Virus record (IMG/VR): IMGVR_UViG_3300045988_023906
DNA length: 64,000 nucleotides
Strand: one strand, 5' to 3'
Origin: a virus
Part shown: positions 15,693 through 25,252 of the stretch, piece by piece
How the letters are laid out: each line of letters opens with the position of its first letter
Numbering within the stretch: the stretch's first letter is position 1
The notes under the pieces: model-generated
What the model was told of the DNA's origin: nothing
The model's input: only the letters and a program-made list of their open reading frames with translations
Databases searched by the model: none
Position numbers and translations under genes: made by a program

Positions 15693-16859
15693 ATGGAAGA
15701 AGAACTTAGCTTAGATAACATCTTAGGAGCAGAGGAGATTGAGAATCTGTTTGTAGAAGATGAGGATACACAGGATACCCCACCTGCAAATGGGGAGCCT
15801 CCTAAGAAAGAGGAGGAGCCAAATAAGGATAAAGAAGAAACTACTGAGGTTGTTGATGTAGATAACTTATTTACTGATACACCAGAGAGCGTAGGTAGTG
15901 GAAAAGAAAATACAGAGGAAAAGGAAGATACCACTCCTAAAGGGGATGGCACTTCTCCCAAAAACTTCTACTCTTCCATTGCCAAAGCCTTGAAAGAGGA
16001 AGGTATCTTCCCAGCCCTTGATGATGAGGGCTTATCTAAGGTTAAAGACCCTGAAGACTTTAGAGATTTAATTGACCAACAGATAAAGGCAGGTCTTGAT
16101 GAAAGACAGAGAAGAATTGATGAAGCCTTGAATGCTGGAGTTGAACCTACAGAGATTAGAAAGTATGAGAATACTATAAACTTCCTTGATTCTATTAAGG
16201 AAGAGAATATCTCTGATGAAGGTGATAAGGGAGAAAAACTTAGAAAAGACCTGATTTATCAAGACTTTATCAATAGAGGTTATAGTAAGGAAAGAGCTGC
16301 AAGAGAAGTGCAAAAGTCTTTCAATGCTGGTACTGATATTGATGATGCAAAAGAGGCTTTGAAAAGTAATATTGACTTCTTCAAAGATAAGTATGATGAG
16401 CTTGTCAATGAGGCTAAGTCAGAAGCAGAACAGGAAGAGAAAGAAAGAAAGAAACAGGCTGAAAAGCTTAAATTATCAATCCTTAATGACAAGGATGTGT
16501 TTGGGGATTTATCAATAGATAAATCAACAAGACAGAAGGTTTATGATAACATAGCTAAGCCTGTGTATAAAGACCCAGAGACAGGAGAGTACTTTACTGC
16601 TATCCAAAAATATGAGATGGAGAACAGAACAGACTTCCTAAAGAACATTGGGTTACTTTTCACACTAACTGATGGCTTTAAGAACCTTGATGGTTTGGTG
16701 AAAGGTAAAGTAAAGAAAGAAGTAAAGAAAGGTCTTAGAGAGCTGGAACATACTCTCAACAACACAGCAAGAACCTCAGATGGTAATCTAAAGTTTGTCA
16801 GTGGAGTTGATGAGGACCCTGAATCTTTCATAGGAAAAGGGTGGAATCTTGATGTCTAA
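15693..16859 (+). CDS. Scaffolding-like protein (388 aa, acidic N-terminus, K/E-rich helices)
   Basis: Lies immediately upstream of the capsid gene. The N-terminus is highly acidic and low-complexity, and the composition is coiled-coil-like. Confidence 0.45.
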   Translation: MEEELSLDNILGAEEIENLFVEDEDTQDTPPANGEPPKKEEEPNKDKEETTEVVDVDNLFTDTPESVGSGKENTEEKEDTTPKGDGTSPKNFYSSIAKALKEEGIFPALDDEGLSKVKDPEDFRDLIDQQIKAGLDERQRRIDEALNAGVEPTEIRKYENTINFLDSIKEENISDEGDKGEKLRKDLIYQDFINRGYSKERAAREVQKSFNAGTDIDDAKEALKSNIDFFKDKYDELVNEAKSEAEQEEKERKKQAEKLKLSILNDKDVFGDLSIDKSTRQKVYDNIAKPVYKDPETGEYFTAIQKYEMENRTDFLKNIGLLFTLTDGFKNLDGLVKGKVKKEVKKGLRELEHTLNNTARTSDGNLKFVSGVDEDPESFIGKGWNLDV

Positions 16860-16946
16860 GCTATGTTTAAGTCTGGTATTTACTTATGGAGAAATAAAAT
16901 TACTAATGGTTTTATAAAAATAATTTATAATTTTTAATATTTTTTG

Positions 16947-18461
16947 ATGATGGCTGGAAAATTAGGTAAGTTTCAAATGGTAGGCTTCCAACACTGGAAG
17001 GGCCTTACTAAGGAAAACCACCTTGGTTCTATCTTTCAGTTAGCTCCACAGAAGGCTACAAACCTAATGGTACAACTGCTGGCCTTCTATAGAGGAAAGA
17101 CACTTGACACATTCCTAAATCAATTCCCAACAAGAGAGTTTGAGGATGATAATGAATACTACTGGGATGTTATTGGTTCTTCAAGGAGAAACATTCCTCT
17201 TGTAGAGGCAAGAGATGAAAATGGTACTGTTGTTACAGATGCCAGTGGTATGATTGGAGTAGGCACTGCTCCCTTCTATTTGGTATTCCCTGAGGATTGG
17301 TTTGCTGATGGTGAATACATTGTAGGTAATCTGAATGAAATCTATCAGTTCAGAATACTTGGAGACCCAAGAATGGAGGGTACTAATGCAGTGTATAAGG
17401 TAGAGCTTGCTGGTGGTAACACAGCAGGTGTTCCTGCTGAAAGATTGCTTGCAGGTGAGAGATTCTCAGTTGAAGCTGCATTTGTTGAGAAGGAACTTTC
17501 AAGAAAGGTTGGTGATGTAAGATTTACAAGCCCTGTTTCTATGAGAAATGAGTGGTCTGTAGTAAGAATCCAACACAAGGTTCCAGGTTCTATGTTGAAC
17601 AAGAAGCTGGCTGTAGGTATTCCTATTGTTAAGGAAACTGAGGGTAGATATACTAAGTCAGTTGCTACAATGTGGATGCACAATGTAGATTGGGAAGTAG
17701 AACAGCAATTCTCTGAGTACAAGAACAATGCACTTGCATTTGGTAGAAGCAACAGAAATGCCAATGGTGAGTACATGAACTTTGGTAAGTCTGGTAATGT
17801 TATTAAGACAGGTGCTGCTCTGTTTGAGCAGATGGAAGTTGCTAATACTGTGTATTACAACACATTCAGCTTGAAGCTTCTTGAAGATGCTCTATATGAG
17901 CTTTCTGCTTCTAAGTTAGACTTTGGAGACAGATACTTCTTGATTAAGACTGGTGAGAGAGGTGCTATCCAATTCCACAAGGAAGTACTAAAGACAGTAT
18001 CAGGTTGGACACAATTTGTTCTTGACAACAGCTCTATTGGTGTTATTCAAAAGACTCAATCTAAGTTGCACCAAAACTCATTGAGTGCTGGTTTCCAATT
18101 TGTTGAGTATAAGGCTCCTAATGGTGTTAGAGTTAAGATTGATGTAGACCCATTCTATGATGACCCAGTAAGAAACAAGATACTTCATCCAAATGGAGGT
18201 GTTGCATTCTCTTACAGATATGATATTATGTACATTGGTACTATGGACCAACCTAATATCTTTAAGTGTAAGATTAAGGGTGACAATGAGTACAGAGGTT
18301 ATCAATGGGGTCTAAGAAACCCATTCACAGGTCAAAAGGGTAATCCTTACATGTCATTTGATGAGGATTCTGCTGTAATTCACAGAATGGCTACTCTTGG
18401 TATCTGTGTTCTTGACCCAACAAGAACTATGTCACTAATCCCTGCAATTCTACAGGGCTAA
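16947..18461 (+). CDS. Major capsid protein (about 504 aa)
   Basis: Called from size and position (scaffold-like gene upstream, strong terminator downstream) as in crAss-like phages. The ATG is at 16947 or 16950; the track start at 16944 is a TTG. Confidence 0.65.
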   Translation: MMAGKLGKFQMVGFQHWKGLTKENHLGSIFQLAPQKATNLMVQLLAFYRGKTLDTFLNQFPTREFEDDNEYYWDVIGSSRRNIPLVEARDENGTVVTDASGMIGVGTAPFYLVFPEDWFADGEYIVGNLNEIYQFRILGDPRMEGTNAVYKVELAGGNTAGVPAERLLAGERFSVEAAFVEKELSRKVGDVRFTSPVSMRNEWSVVRIQHKVPGSMLNKKLAVGIPIVKETEGRYTKSVATMWMHNVDWEVEQQFSEYKNNALAFGRSNRNANGEYMNFGKSGNVIKTGAALFEQMEVANTVYYNTFSLKLLEDALYELSASKLDFGDRYFLIKTGERGAIQFHKEVLKTVSGWTQFVLDNSSIGVIQKTQSKLHQNSLSAGFQFVEYKAPNGVRVKIDVDPFYDDPVRNKILHPNGGVAFSYRYDIMYIGTMDQPNIFKCKIKGDNEYRGYQWGLRNPFTGQKGNPYMSFDEDSAVIHRMATLGICVLDPTRTMSLIPAILQG

Positions 18462-18467
18462 TGATAA

Positions 18468-18507
18468 AAGGGGAGGAAAGATAATCTTCTCTCCCCTTAT
18501 TTTATTT
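18468..18507 (+). terminator. Rho-independent terminator after the capsid gene
   Basis: Stem AAGGGGAG/CTCCCCTT with additional inner pairing, followed by a T-rich run. Confidence 0.65.
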
Positions 18508-18527
18508 CAAAAAGTTAAGGAGAAGAT

Positions 18528-19550
18528 ATGACAGAAAAGAAAATGGAAGAGAAGGTGGATTATACTGTACCTGACTTTGATATAGACAATACAGAGACTC
18601 CACTTCAAGAAGTACCAAAAGAAGAGGCTACTGTAAAAAGCCCTAAGAGGACACAAAAGAAAGTAGAGGTATCTGATGATGCCTTAGTCAGTTGTCTGAG
18701 AAATGAGAGAATTATTGTAAGACATGTACCTAAGCTGACAGGTATGTGGGGTAATAACCCTAAGCATGTATTGTCGGGAGGTATGGCAGAAGGTGCAGTT
18801 AGAACATTTGTAGTACCAAGATTATCTTCAGGTATGTTTGTTAATGTCCTTACAGACAAGGAAAAGGCATTTCTTGAGGAAATAATGGGTCTTGAATATA
18901 ATGCACTAAGTATCTATAAGAAGGTAGATAACTTCTGGGATGATTCCAATGAGAATGGTATCAATAAGGTAAGATTGACAAAGCAGGATAACTATTTCAA
19001 TCTATCTGACCCAGAGGATTATATCAGATATAAGATACTATTAGCTAATAAGGATTATATTGCCTCTTCATTGCAGGTATTGCAAGACACTCCTAAGGCT
19101 ACTTACCAGTTTGTTATCATTTCTGAGGGTGAAGAGACTAAGGTTGCTAAGAATAATATGAGCACTACAATGATGTGCTATAAAGAGTTTGGTAAGATTG
19201 AGGATGATATTGATACATTAAGAGTTATTGTTGAGACTATTGATGGTAGACCTACATCACAGACTGCTAAACTTGAGTTCTTGCAGACTAAGGTTAATAG
19301 CTTAATACAGGCTGATAGCAAGATATTCCTGAAGGTTATCACTGACCCAATGTTGCCTACTAAGGTATTCATCAAGAAGAGTATAGAAGCAGGATTGATT
19401 TCAAATAGAGGGGGTTTCCTATACTTGAGAAGTGACAATACTCCACTATGTGAGGCTAATGAGGAACCTACATTGAATACAGCAGCCAAGTACCTGAACT
19501 CTCCAAAACATCAGGAAGTCAAGTTTTCCTTGGAGGCCAAGTTAAAATAA
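18528..19550 (+). CDS. Conserved virion-module protein of unknown function (340 aa)
   Basis: Long ORF with an AAGGAG box 7 nt upstream of the ATG. No motif was recognised. Confidence 0.5.
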   Translation: MTEKKMEEKVDYTVPDFDIDNTETPLQEVPKEEATVKSPKRTQKKVEVSDDALVSCLRNERIIVRHVPKLTGMWGNNPKHVLSGGMAEGAVRTFVVPRLSSGMFVNVLTDKEKAFLEEIMGLEYNALSIYKKVDNFWDDSNENGINKVRLTKQDNYFNLSDPEDYIRYKILLANKDYIASSLQVLQDTPKATYQFVIISEGEETKVAKNNMSTTMMCYKEFGKIEDDIDTLRVIVETIDGRPTSQTAKLEFLQTKVNSLIQADSKIFLKVITDPMLPTKVFIKKSIEAGLISNRGGFLYLRSDNTPLCEANEEPTLNTAAKYLNSPKHQEVKFSLEAKLK

Positions 19551-19566
19551 AGAAGAATATAAGATT

Positions 19567-20430
19567 ATGACACTACAGGAGTTTTCAGATGAATTTGATG
19601 TTCTCTACAATAATATATCCAGTAACCAAGCTCCGGGCCTTAATGAGTATGAAAAGTCTGTGTTTCTCACAAAAGCTCAGAATGAGATAGTAAAGAACTA
19701 CTTTACTTCTACCCAAGGAGGTAACAAGTACCAGCAAGGGTTTGATGATTCTGCCAAAAGACAAATAGATTTCTCTACTCTTCTAGTGCAAGAAGCCTGT
19801 CCCTTGATAAAGGTGGATTCCAAGAGGGGAACTGATATTTTGGAGGGTGTCACAATCCCCGGAAATATCTATGGCAGTGCTCCTGAAGCTGTATTATTCA
19901 ATGCCCCTAGCTTTATTGACAAAATACTGTTAGTGGTATCAGAAAGGATAATCATTAAGGATACAGATAATAATGTAGATAAGTATTATCAGGTAGTGCC
20001 TATAAAATTAGATAGTTTGCTTAATAACCTGAGCAAGCCCTATGGAAGACCTTTAAAGAGGCAAGTGTGGAGAGTTATAGAGACTTTTGGAGACCCTAAA
20101 GGGTCTGAAGGCCAGGCTGTAATTCCCACAAAGTACAATGGGTTCAGGTTTATATTGCATGATGCAGATGAGCAATTCCTAGGAGAATCTGGAGGTGAAA
20201 GTCCAGAGGATACCAAGGCCATTTACTTTATCACATATCTAATCAAGCCTAAACCAATAGTATTGGAGGACTTGGTTGGTGTATCAGTAGATGGTGAATC
20301 AGAGCAATCTCCATGTGTCTTGAATAGTGAACTACATCCTGAAATTCTTCAAAGGGCAGTAGAGTTAGCTAAATCTGCTTATATGGGAGATTTGAAAAGT
20401 AGTGTTGAACTGGGACAAAGAAGTGAATAA
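19567..20430 (+). CDS. Head-tail joining candidate, paralogue A (287 aa)
   Basis: N-terminal MTLQEFSDEFDVLYNN...LNEYEKSVFLTKAQNEIV and C-terminal LHPEILQRAVELAKSAY parallel the next ORF. Confidence 0.45.
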   Translation: MTLQEFSDEFDVLYNNISSNQAPGLNEYEKSVFLTKAQNEIVKNYFTSTQGGNKYQQGFDDSAKRQIDFSTLLVQEACPLIKVDSKRGTDILEGVTIPGNIYGSAPEAVLFNAPSFIDKILLVVSERIIIKDTDNNVDKYYQVVPIKLDSLLNNLSKPYGRPLKRQVWRVIETFGDPKGSEGQAVIPTKYNGFRFILHDADEQFLGESGGESPEDTKAIYFITYLIKPKPIVLEDLVGVSVDGESEQSPCVLNSELHPEILQRAVELAKSAYMGDLKSSVELGQRSE

Positions 20431-21116
20431 TGACAACTGAGGAATTTTCTAATGAATTTGATGTTCTATTGAACAGCTACTCTTCAGGTGGAATTGAGTT
20501 CAATGAGTATGAGAAATCAATCTTTCTTACAAAAGCCCAAGAAGACCTATTAGTGGAATTATACAATGGTAAGAATCCATTCAGAGAATCATTTGAAGAG
20601 ACTGAGGAAATAAGGAGATACCTGAGCAACTTGGTAAAGACTTATACCACTACTGAAAAAATAGCAGACATTACTGGAATATCTGATAAGTCTGTATTCT
20701 TCAAGTTACCTAGTGACTTGTGGTTTATAGTTTATGAATCAGTTGAGCTGAGGGATGATAAGCTAGGCTGTAAGGATGGTAACCAAGTACTTGTGGTACC
20801 CACTACCTTGGATGATTACTACAATACATATAACAATCCATTCAGGGGTCCGGGATACAGGAGAGTCCTGAGACTTGATATTGATAATGGGATTGCAGAA
20901 ATAGTATCAAAGTATAATATAAGCAGGTACTTAGTCAGGTACCTATCTAAACCCAATCCAATTATATTGGTAGCACTGCCTGCCCATCTAAACATAAATG
21001 GAGAAAGCAAGATAACAGAGTGTGATTTACATCCTGCATTGCATAGGGTAATACTTGATAGGGCAGTAGGACTTGCAATAGCAAGCAAGGGTTTGGATAC
21101 AAACAGAACAAAATAA
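20430..21116 (+). CDS. Head-tail joining candidate, paralogue B (228 aa)
   Basis: N-terminal MTTEEFSNEFDVLLNS...FNEYEKSIFLTKAQEDLL and C-terminal LHPALHRVILDRAVGLAIAS. The start codon abuts the previous stop (TAATG). Confidence 0.45.
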   Translation: MTTEEFSNEFDVLLNSYSSGGIEFNEYEKSIFLTKAQEDLLVELYNGKNPFRESFEETEEIRRYLSNLVKTYTTTEKIADITGISDKSVFFKLPSDLWFIVYESVELRDDKLGCKDGNQVLVVPTTLDDYYNTYNNPFRGPGYRRVLRLDIDNGIAEIVSKYNISRYLVRYLSKPNPIILVALPAHLNINGESKITECDLHPALHRVILDRAVGLAIASKGLDTNRTK

Positions 21117-21145
21117 ACTATTGTGTAATTTAATATTAAATTAAA

Positions 21146-22201
21146 ATGGCAACATTTAGCGTGAATCAGGTAAGGCAATTTTATGTAGCAACTGCATTTG
21201 AGACTCCCCATGTAATTGAGTCTAATACTGCTGGTACTATTGCAGTATCAAATGATGCTGAAAAGAAACACCTGTATTTTGAATATAAGGGAGCTGATAA
21301 CAGAATGAGAAGTGACCTTATAGATATAGAAAACATTCTCTATGCAAAGGCAACTAGTGCTGATAGCATGGCTTACAAGATGAAGTCAGCTACCATAGCA
21401 TTGGATTCAAGTGTTAATGGTGGTGCTCCAGTTGCAGGTCAGGATTATATCCTAAGAATTGCATTTAAACAGTATGTGGGCATGTCTGATGAGGACCAAT
21501 ACTTCAAATATGGCATAGTTCATGCTTATTCTGGCATGACTGCTGATGTGTTCTACAAGACTCTTGCTCAATCTATTGCTAAGAACTTTAGCAGGGAAAT
21601 AGTTCCCTTGATTAAGATTGAGGTACATAGTGCTGCAACCAAGAGCAAGGAAGGATTTGATGCAAATGGTTATATGACAGTAACTCCTTCTACTAAGGAT
21701 AATGGCAAGAGTGATAGTACTAACCCATACTATGATGGTACTTCAGCAATTGTAGCTGACATTGACAGCATCAGAATTACTGAGGTAGAACAGCCTTGGA
21801 GATTAGGTGTTATGTCTCAGACACCAGTATATTTCACTGTACAGCCAGTTGAAATAATTGTAGATGGAGATGAGAGAATTTGGGGCACTGTAGAGATGGG
21901 TACCAATGGTACAATAGGTAATGGTAAGGTTATTGCAGACTTAGAGTACTTCTGTATGGGTGAAAGAGGAGACATCTACAGAGGCATTGGCTGGCCTAAC
22001 AACATTCCTACCACTTATCTGATAGACCCAAGCAAGACATATAATGTGCTTGATATACACTATGCCTATGTAGGCAGCAATGAGTCAGTACAAAAGTCTG
22101 AAAAGACAATAACTATTGCTTGTGCAGATAAAGTAGTTCTCAATCAGATAATCAGTGCAGTGAAAACTGCTACAGGACTTACTATTGCAGACATCTCCTA
22201 A
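21146..22201 (+). CDS. Virion structural protein of unknown role (351 aa)
   Basis: Long ORF followed directly by a strong terminator. No motif was recognised. Confidence 0.45.
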   Translation: MATFSVNQVRQFYVATAFETPHVIESNTAGTIAVSNDAEKKHLYFEYKGADNRMRSDLIDIENILYAKATSADSMAYKMKSATIALDSSVNGGAPVAGQDYILRIAFKQYVGMSDEDQYFKYGIVHAYSGMTADVFYKTLAQSIAKNFSREIVPLIKIEVHSAATKSKEGFDANGYMTVTPSTKDNGKSDSTNPYYDGTSAIVADIDSIRITEVEQPWRLGVMSQTPVYFTVQPVEIIVDGDERIWGTVEMGTNGTIGNGKVIADLEYFCMGERGDIYRGIGWPNNIPTTYLIDPSKTYNVLDIHYAYVGSNESVQKSEKTITIACADKVVLNQIISAVKTATGLTIADIS

Positions 22202-22216
22202 AAGCGAGATACAAAT

Positions 22217-22246
22217 AAGGAGACTTTTATAGTCTCCTTTTTTTAT
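22217..22246 (+). terminator. Rho-independent terminator
   Basis: 9-bp stem AAGGAGACT/AGTCTCCTT with a 5-nt loop, followed by TTTTT. Confidence 0.75.
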
Positions 22247-22264
22247 TTACCTAATTTGTGTAAT

Positions 22265-22837
22265 ATGATAAGATTTGCTACATTAAAAGCCTCAGGAGAA
22301 TGCAGGCAGTTGGTAATTGATGCTTCTATAGAAGCATACTCCTTCTATGATGATGTCTATATTGACTCAGTAGTCATAGATACTCAGGATACCTTCATGA
22401 CCTCTGGGCCATCATCAAGCAGTGTATATACAAAAAGCATTGATGGTAATTCCAAGCATGTGACATTAATCCTAGACAAGACAGATTTCAATGCAGCAGT
22501 AGATTTTGGTAAGGACTTATTCTTTGTCTATATTACTGTCAAAGGTACAATGGCACCTGATACTCCATGTGGGTATGACAGATATTATGATTTAGGAATA
22601 GCTGTCAATATGCATAACCTTTATAAGTCACTGATGGGTGGCATCAGACAGGTAGAGGAGACTTGCAATATTCCCAAGCAGCTTATAGACAAATACCTTC
22701 AACTGAAGGCTTTTACTACTTCCTTAAAGACAGGGAACTATACTTTGGCAATAAAGTATTGGAACAAGTTCTTTAGGAACTGTGTGATAACAGATGATAC
22801 AAGTACTAAATGTGAGTGTTCATTATGGATAACTTAA
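22265..22837 (+). CDS. Hypothetical virion-module protein (190 aa)
   Basis: First ATG of the ORF. The track TTG start at 22256 lies only 10 nt downstream of the 22217-22246 terminator, so the ATG is preferred. Confidence 0.45.
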   Translation: MIRFATLKASGECRQLVIDASIEAYSFYDDVYIDSVVIDTQDTFMTSGPSSSSVYTKSIDGNSKHVTLILDKTDFNAAVDFGKDLFFVYITVKGTMAPDTPCGYDRYYDLGIAVNMHNLYKSLMGGIRQVEETCNIPKQLIDKYLQLKAFTTSLKTGNYTLAIKYWNKFFRNCVITDDTSTKCECSLWIT

Positions 22838-23163
22838 GTAATGTATTGGAAAGGGCATTAACTACATACTTCAATGTACTTTCAAGTACAGGATATGTGT
22901 GTTATAATGATGTCAATAAGTTACTGCTTTTGTCCTTGATAGAAGAGCTTACTAGTGGCCCAATGTCTGCCTTTATAGATGATAAGGACTACAATAGCAT
23001 GAATAATGCCCTATATTGTATATTTGGTACTTCATGCCTGATACCATATCCTCCTACTGAGGAAAGCTCTGCTGTGTATGGTGAAGAGGGATCTATCAGA
23101 ATATCTGAGGATGGCATGATAAGATTCACACAAGATAACAAACCTAGAACTCCTGCTATATAA
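22825..23163 (+). CDS. Hypothetical protein (112 aa)
   Basis: The ATG at 22825 overlaps the upstream gene by 13 nt. The track start at 22816 is a GTG. Confidence 0.4.
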   Translation: MDNLSNVLERALTTYFNVLSSTGYVCYNDVNKLLLLSLIEELTSGPMSAFIDDKDYNSMNNALYCIFGTSCLIPYPPTEESSAVYGEEGSIRISEDGMIRFTQDNKPRTPAI

Positions 23164-23202
23164 GTTATATATTTGCTTACTGCAAAAGATTCAATTAAAA
23201 CT

Positions 23203-23234
23203 ATTGCAATATTGATTATAAATATCTATATTTG
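23203..23234 (+). promoter_or_regulatory. Bacteroides-type promoter (aTTG-N20-TAtaTTTG)
   Basis: TTG at 23204-23206, a 20-nt spacer and TATATTTG at 23227-23234. A second TATATTTG at 23168-23175 lacks a -33 TTG. Confidence 0.55.
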
Positions 23235-23274
23235 CAATAGTTTTTTATTTATTAATAAGCATGCATATATAGTT

Positions 23275-23949
23275 ATGACATACAGAGAATTAGTTTATTT
23301 ATGTCTGGATGAGGTAAAGAGTATATCAGATGACTCTACTTTCAATGAGAATCATATTATACTTTTGGCAGATAAGTATAGGGCATTCCTTATAAAGCAA
23401 AGATATTCTGATGTTAAGAAGCATATACCTGAAAGCAACTATCAGACTATATGTCTGGATTTGACCAAATCAGTATCTCCTTCTGATTCATGTGGCAGAA
23501 CCTATCTTATGAGTAAGGAAGAGGTACCTAATATATTAAGTGTCAGTAATACCAGAGTATATCCTATTGATTTCTATCAGGATAGTATAACCTTCATAAG
23601 CAGGGATAGGATGAGATATGTAGGATATGACAAATATCTACAGAACATAATATATTGCTCTCTTGCTCCGGATAACCACTTGTATTTAATCTCTATGAAT
23701 CCCCAATTCCTTTACCTCTCCAAGATAAAGGTAACTGCTATATTTGAAGATGCCAGCATAGCCTCTGAATTGGAATGTGGAGACAATAAGGAGTGTGATG
23801 TGCTTGATAGGAAATTTCCTATTGAGGAGAGCCTTGTTACTCCCCTTGTAAGTCTTATAGTAGGAGAGGTGCTGGGTGCTAAATACAGACCTGATGATAA
23901 TAAGAACAATGCTAAGGATGATTCATCTGATGTTTCAGTAAAGCAGTAA
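23275..23949 (+). CDS. Hypothetical tail/virion protein (224 aa)
   Basis: The start is moved to ATG 23275 (MTYRELVY). The track TTG start at 23173 would translate the promoter region. Confidence 0.45.
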   Translation: MTYRELVYLCLDEVKSISDDSTFNENHIILLADKYRAFLIKQRYSDVKKHIPESNYQTICLDLTKSVSPSDSCGRTYLMSKEEVPNILSVSNTRVYPIDFYQDSITFISRDRMRYVGYDKYLQNIIYCSLAPDNHLYLISMNPQFLYLSKIKVTAIFEDASIASELECGDNKECDVLDRKFPIEESLVTPLVSLIVGEVLGAKYRPDDNKNNAKDDSSDVSVKQ

Positions 23950-23952
23950 CCT

Positions 23953-24507
23953 ATGAGTGATTGTCAAGAAGAGTATAAGAAATGGAAGGAGTTTAGGACA
24001 TCAGTGTGCCACTTGAATGAACATAGAACACATAAGGTATCAGGTTCCTTGGGTGTATATGATGCCTATAAGTATATAAGGAAAAACAAGTGGTTTGACA
24101 TAGGCAGGCCATTGACTGAGCATGAGTTTTACAGCATTATAAGAAGGGTCAACAACTATCTGGCTGAAAAGCTGCTTAAAGGACATGATATTAGTCTTCC
24201 TCATAGGATGGGAAGACTGGAGCTGAGAAAATATGATGCCAAAATCTACCTTAAAGATAATAAGGTTATCACCAACTTGCCAATAGACTGGGATAAGACA
24301 TTAAGGTTATGGTATGAAGACAAGGAATCTTATGATAATAGGACTTTAGTTAGAATAGAGGAGAAAGAGGTATTTAAAATCCATTATAATAGAAGTAAGG
24401 CAAACTATAATAACCAAACCTTTTATGAGTTCAATCCCAATAGAGAATTAAGGAAAGAATTGAAGAAGAGGATAAAAGATGGCAAGATTGATGCCTTCAA
24501 GTGTTAA
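23953..24507 (+). CDS. IHF/HU-like protein of the crAss structural module (candidate)
   Basis: Called from its position in the capsid/tail block and the pattern EFYSIIRRVNNYLAEKLLKGHDISLPHRMGRLELRK, which resembles the HU/IHF arm region. From memory only. Confidence 0.35.
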   Translation: MSDCQEEYKKWKEFRTSVCHLNEHRTHKVSGSLGVYDAYKYIRKNKWFDIGRPLTEHEFYSIIRRVNNYLAEKLLKGHDISLPHRMGRLELRKYDAKIYLKDNKVITNLPIDWDKTLRLWYEDKESYDNRTLVRIEEKEVFKIHYNRSKANYNNQTFYEFNPNRELRKELKKRIKDGKIDAFKC

Positions 24508-24543
24508 ACTAAAGGATTGTAGAAATTTAATTGAGATGGATAA

Positions 24544-25251
24544 ATGATTAATAATATTCAATATACTAACATCAGACAGATACTGGATAGACTGAAAAGG
24601 CATCCTCTATTGCAGAACCTTACACTTGAACAAGTGGTATCCCACCTAGTTACATTTATTGGGATATTTGGAATGCCAGAGTTATATTTAAATAAGGAGA
24701 GTGTACTGCATATAGAAGAGTTTAGGGCCATATTGCCCTGTGACCTTGTATCCATAAATCAGGTGAAGGAGTGTAAGACTGGGATATGTTTAAGGAGTAT
24801 GACAGATAATTTCATGCCTAGAGAACATCGTGATAAGTATGAAGGACATAAAAGGCCGCAAGAGTTTGCCTTTAAGACACAAGGCAGAGTAATATATACT
24901 TCCTTCAAGTCAGGAGATATAATAGTCTCATATAAGTCTGTTCCAATAGATGAGGATGGGTTTCCATTGCTCATAGACAATCCTGTGTTTATGAGAACAC
25001 TTGAGCTATATATTAAGATGGAAGAGTTCACTACTTTGTTTGATATGGGAAAGATTCCTCCTGCTGTATTACAGAACACCCAACAACAATATGCTTGGTC
25101 AGCAGGACAATTACAGAGTGAATTTACTATACCATCACAATCTGAAATGGAATCAATAAGCAGAATGTGGAATACTCTTATTCAAAGGACAAGTGAGTTT
25201 GATAATGGATTCTCTTCTCTTGGCAATAAAGAGTATATAAAATTGCAATAG
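24544..25251 (+). CDS. Hypothetical tail protein (235 aa)
   Basis: ORF in the tail block. No motif was recognised. Confidence 0.4.
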   Translation: MINNIQYTNIRQILDRLKRHPLLQNLTLEQVVSHLVTFIGIFGMPELYLNKESVLHIEEFRAILPCDLVSINQVKECKTGICLRSMTDNFMPREHRDKYEGHKRPQEFAFKTQGRVIYTSFKSGDIIVSYKSVPIDEDGFPLLIDNPVFMRTLELYIKMEEFTTLFDMGKIPPAVLQNTQQQYAWSAGQLQSEFTIPSQSEMESISRMWNTLIQRTSEFDNGFSSLGNKEYIKLQ

Positions 25252-25252
25252 T

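Noticed and set aside
16860-16946. A separate promoter directly upstream of the capsid gene, and near-matches upstream of 22265.
   Set aside because: Only imperfect -7 boxes are present (TATTTTTTG, TAATTTG). The capsid gene is more simply co-transcribed from the 15630-15661 promoter.
23168-23175. A second TATATTTG box as an additional promoter.
   Set aside because: There is no TTG 19-21 nt upstream. It may be a chance match in AT-rich sequence, so only the 23203-23234 copy is kept.
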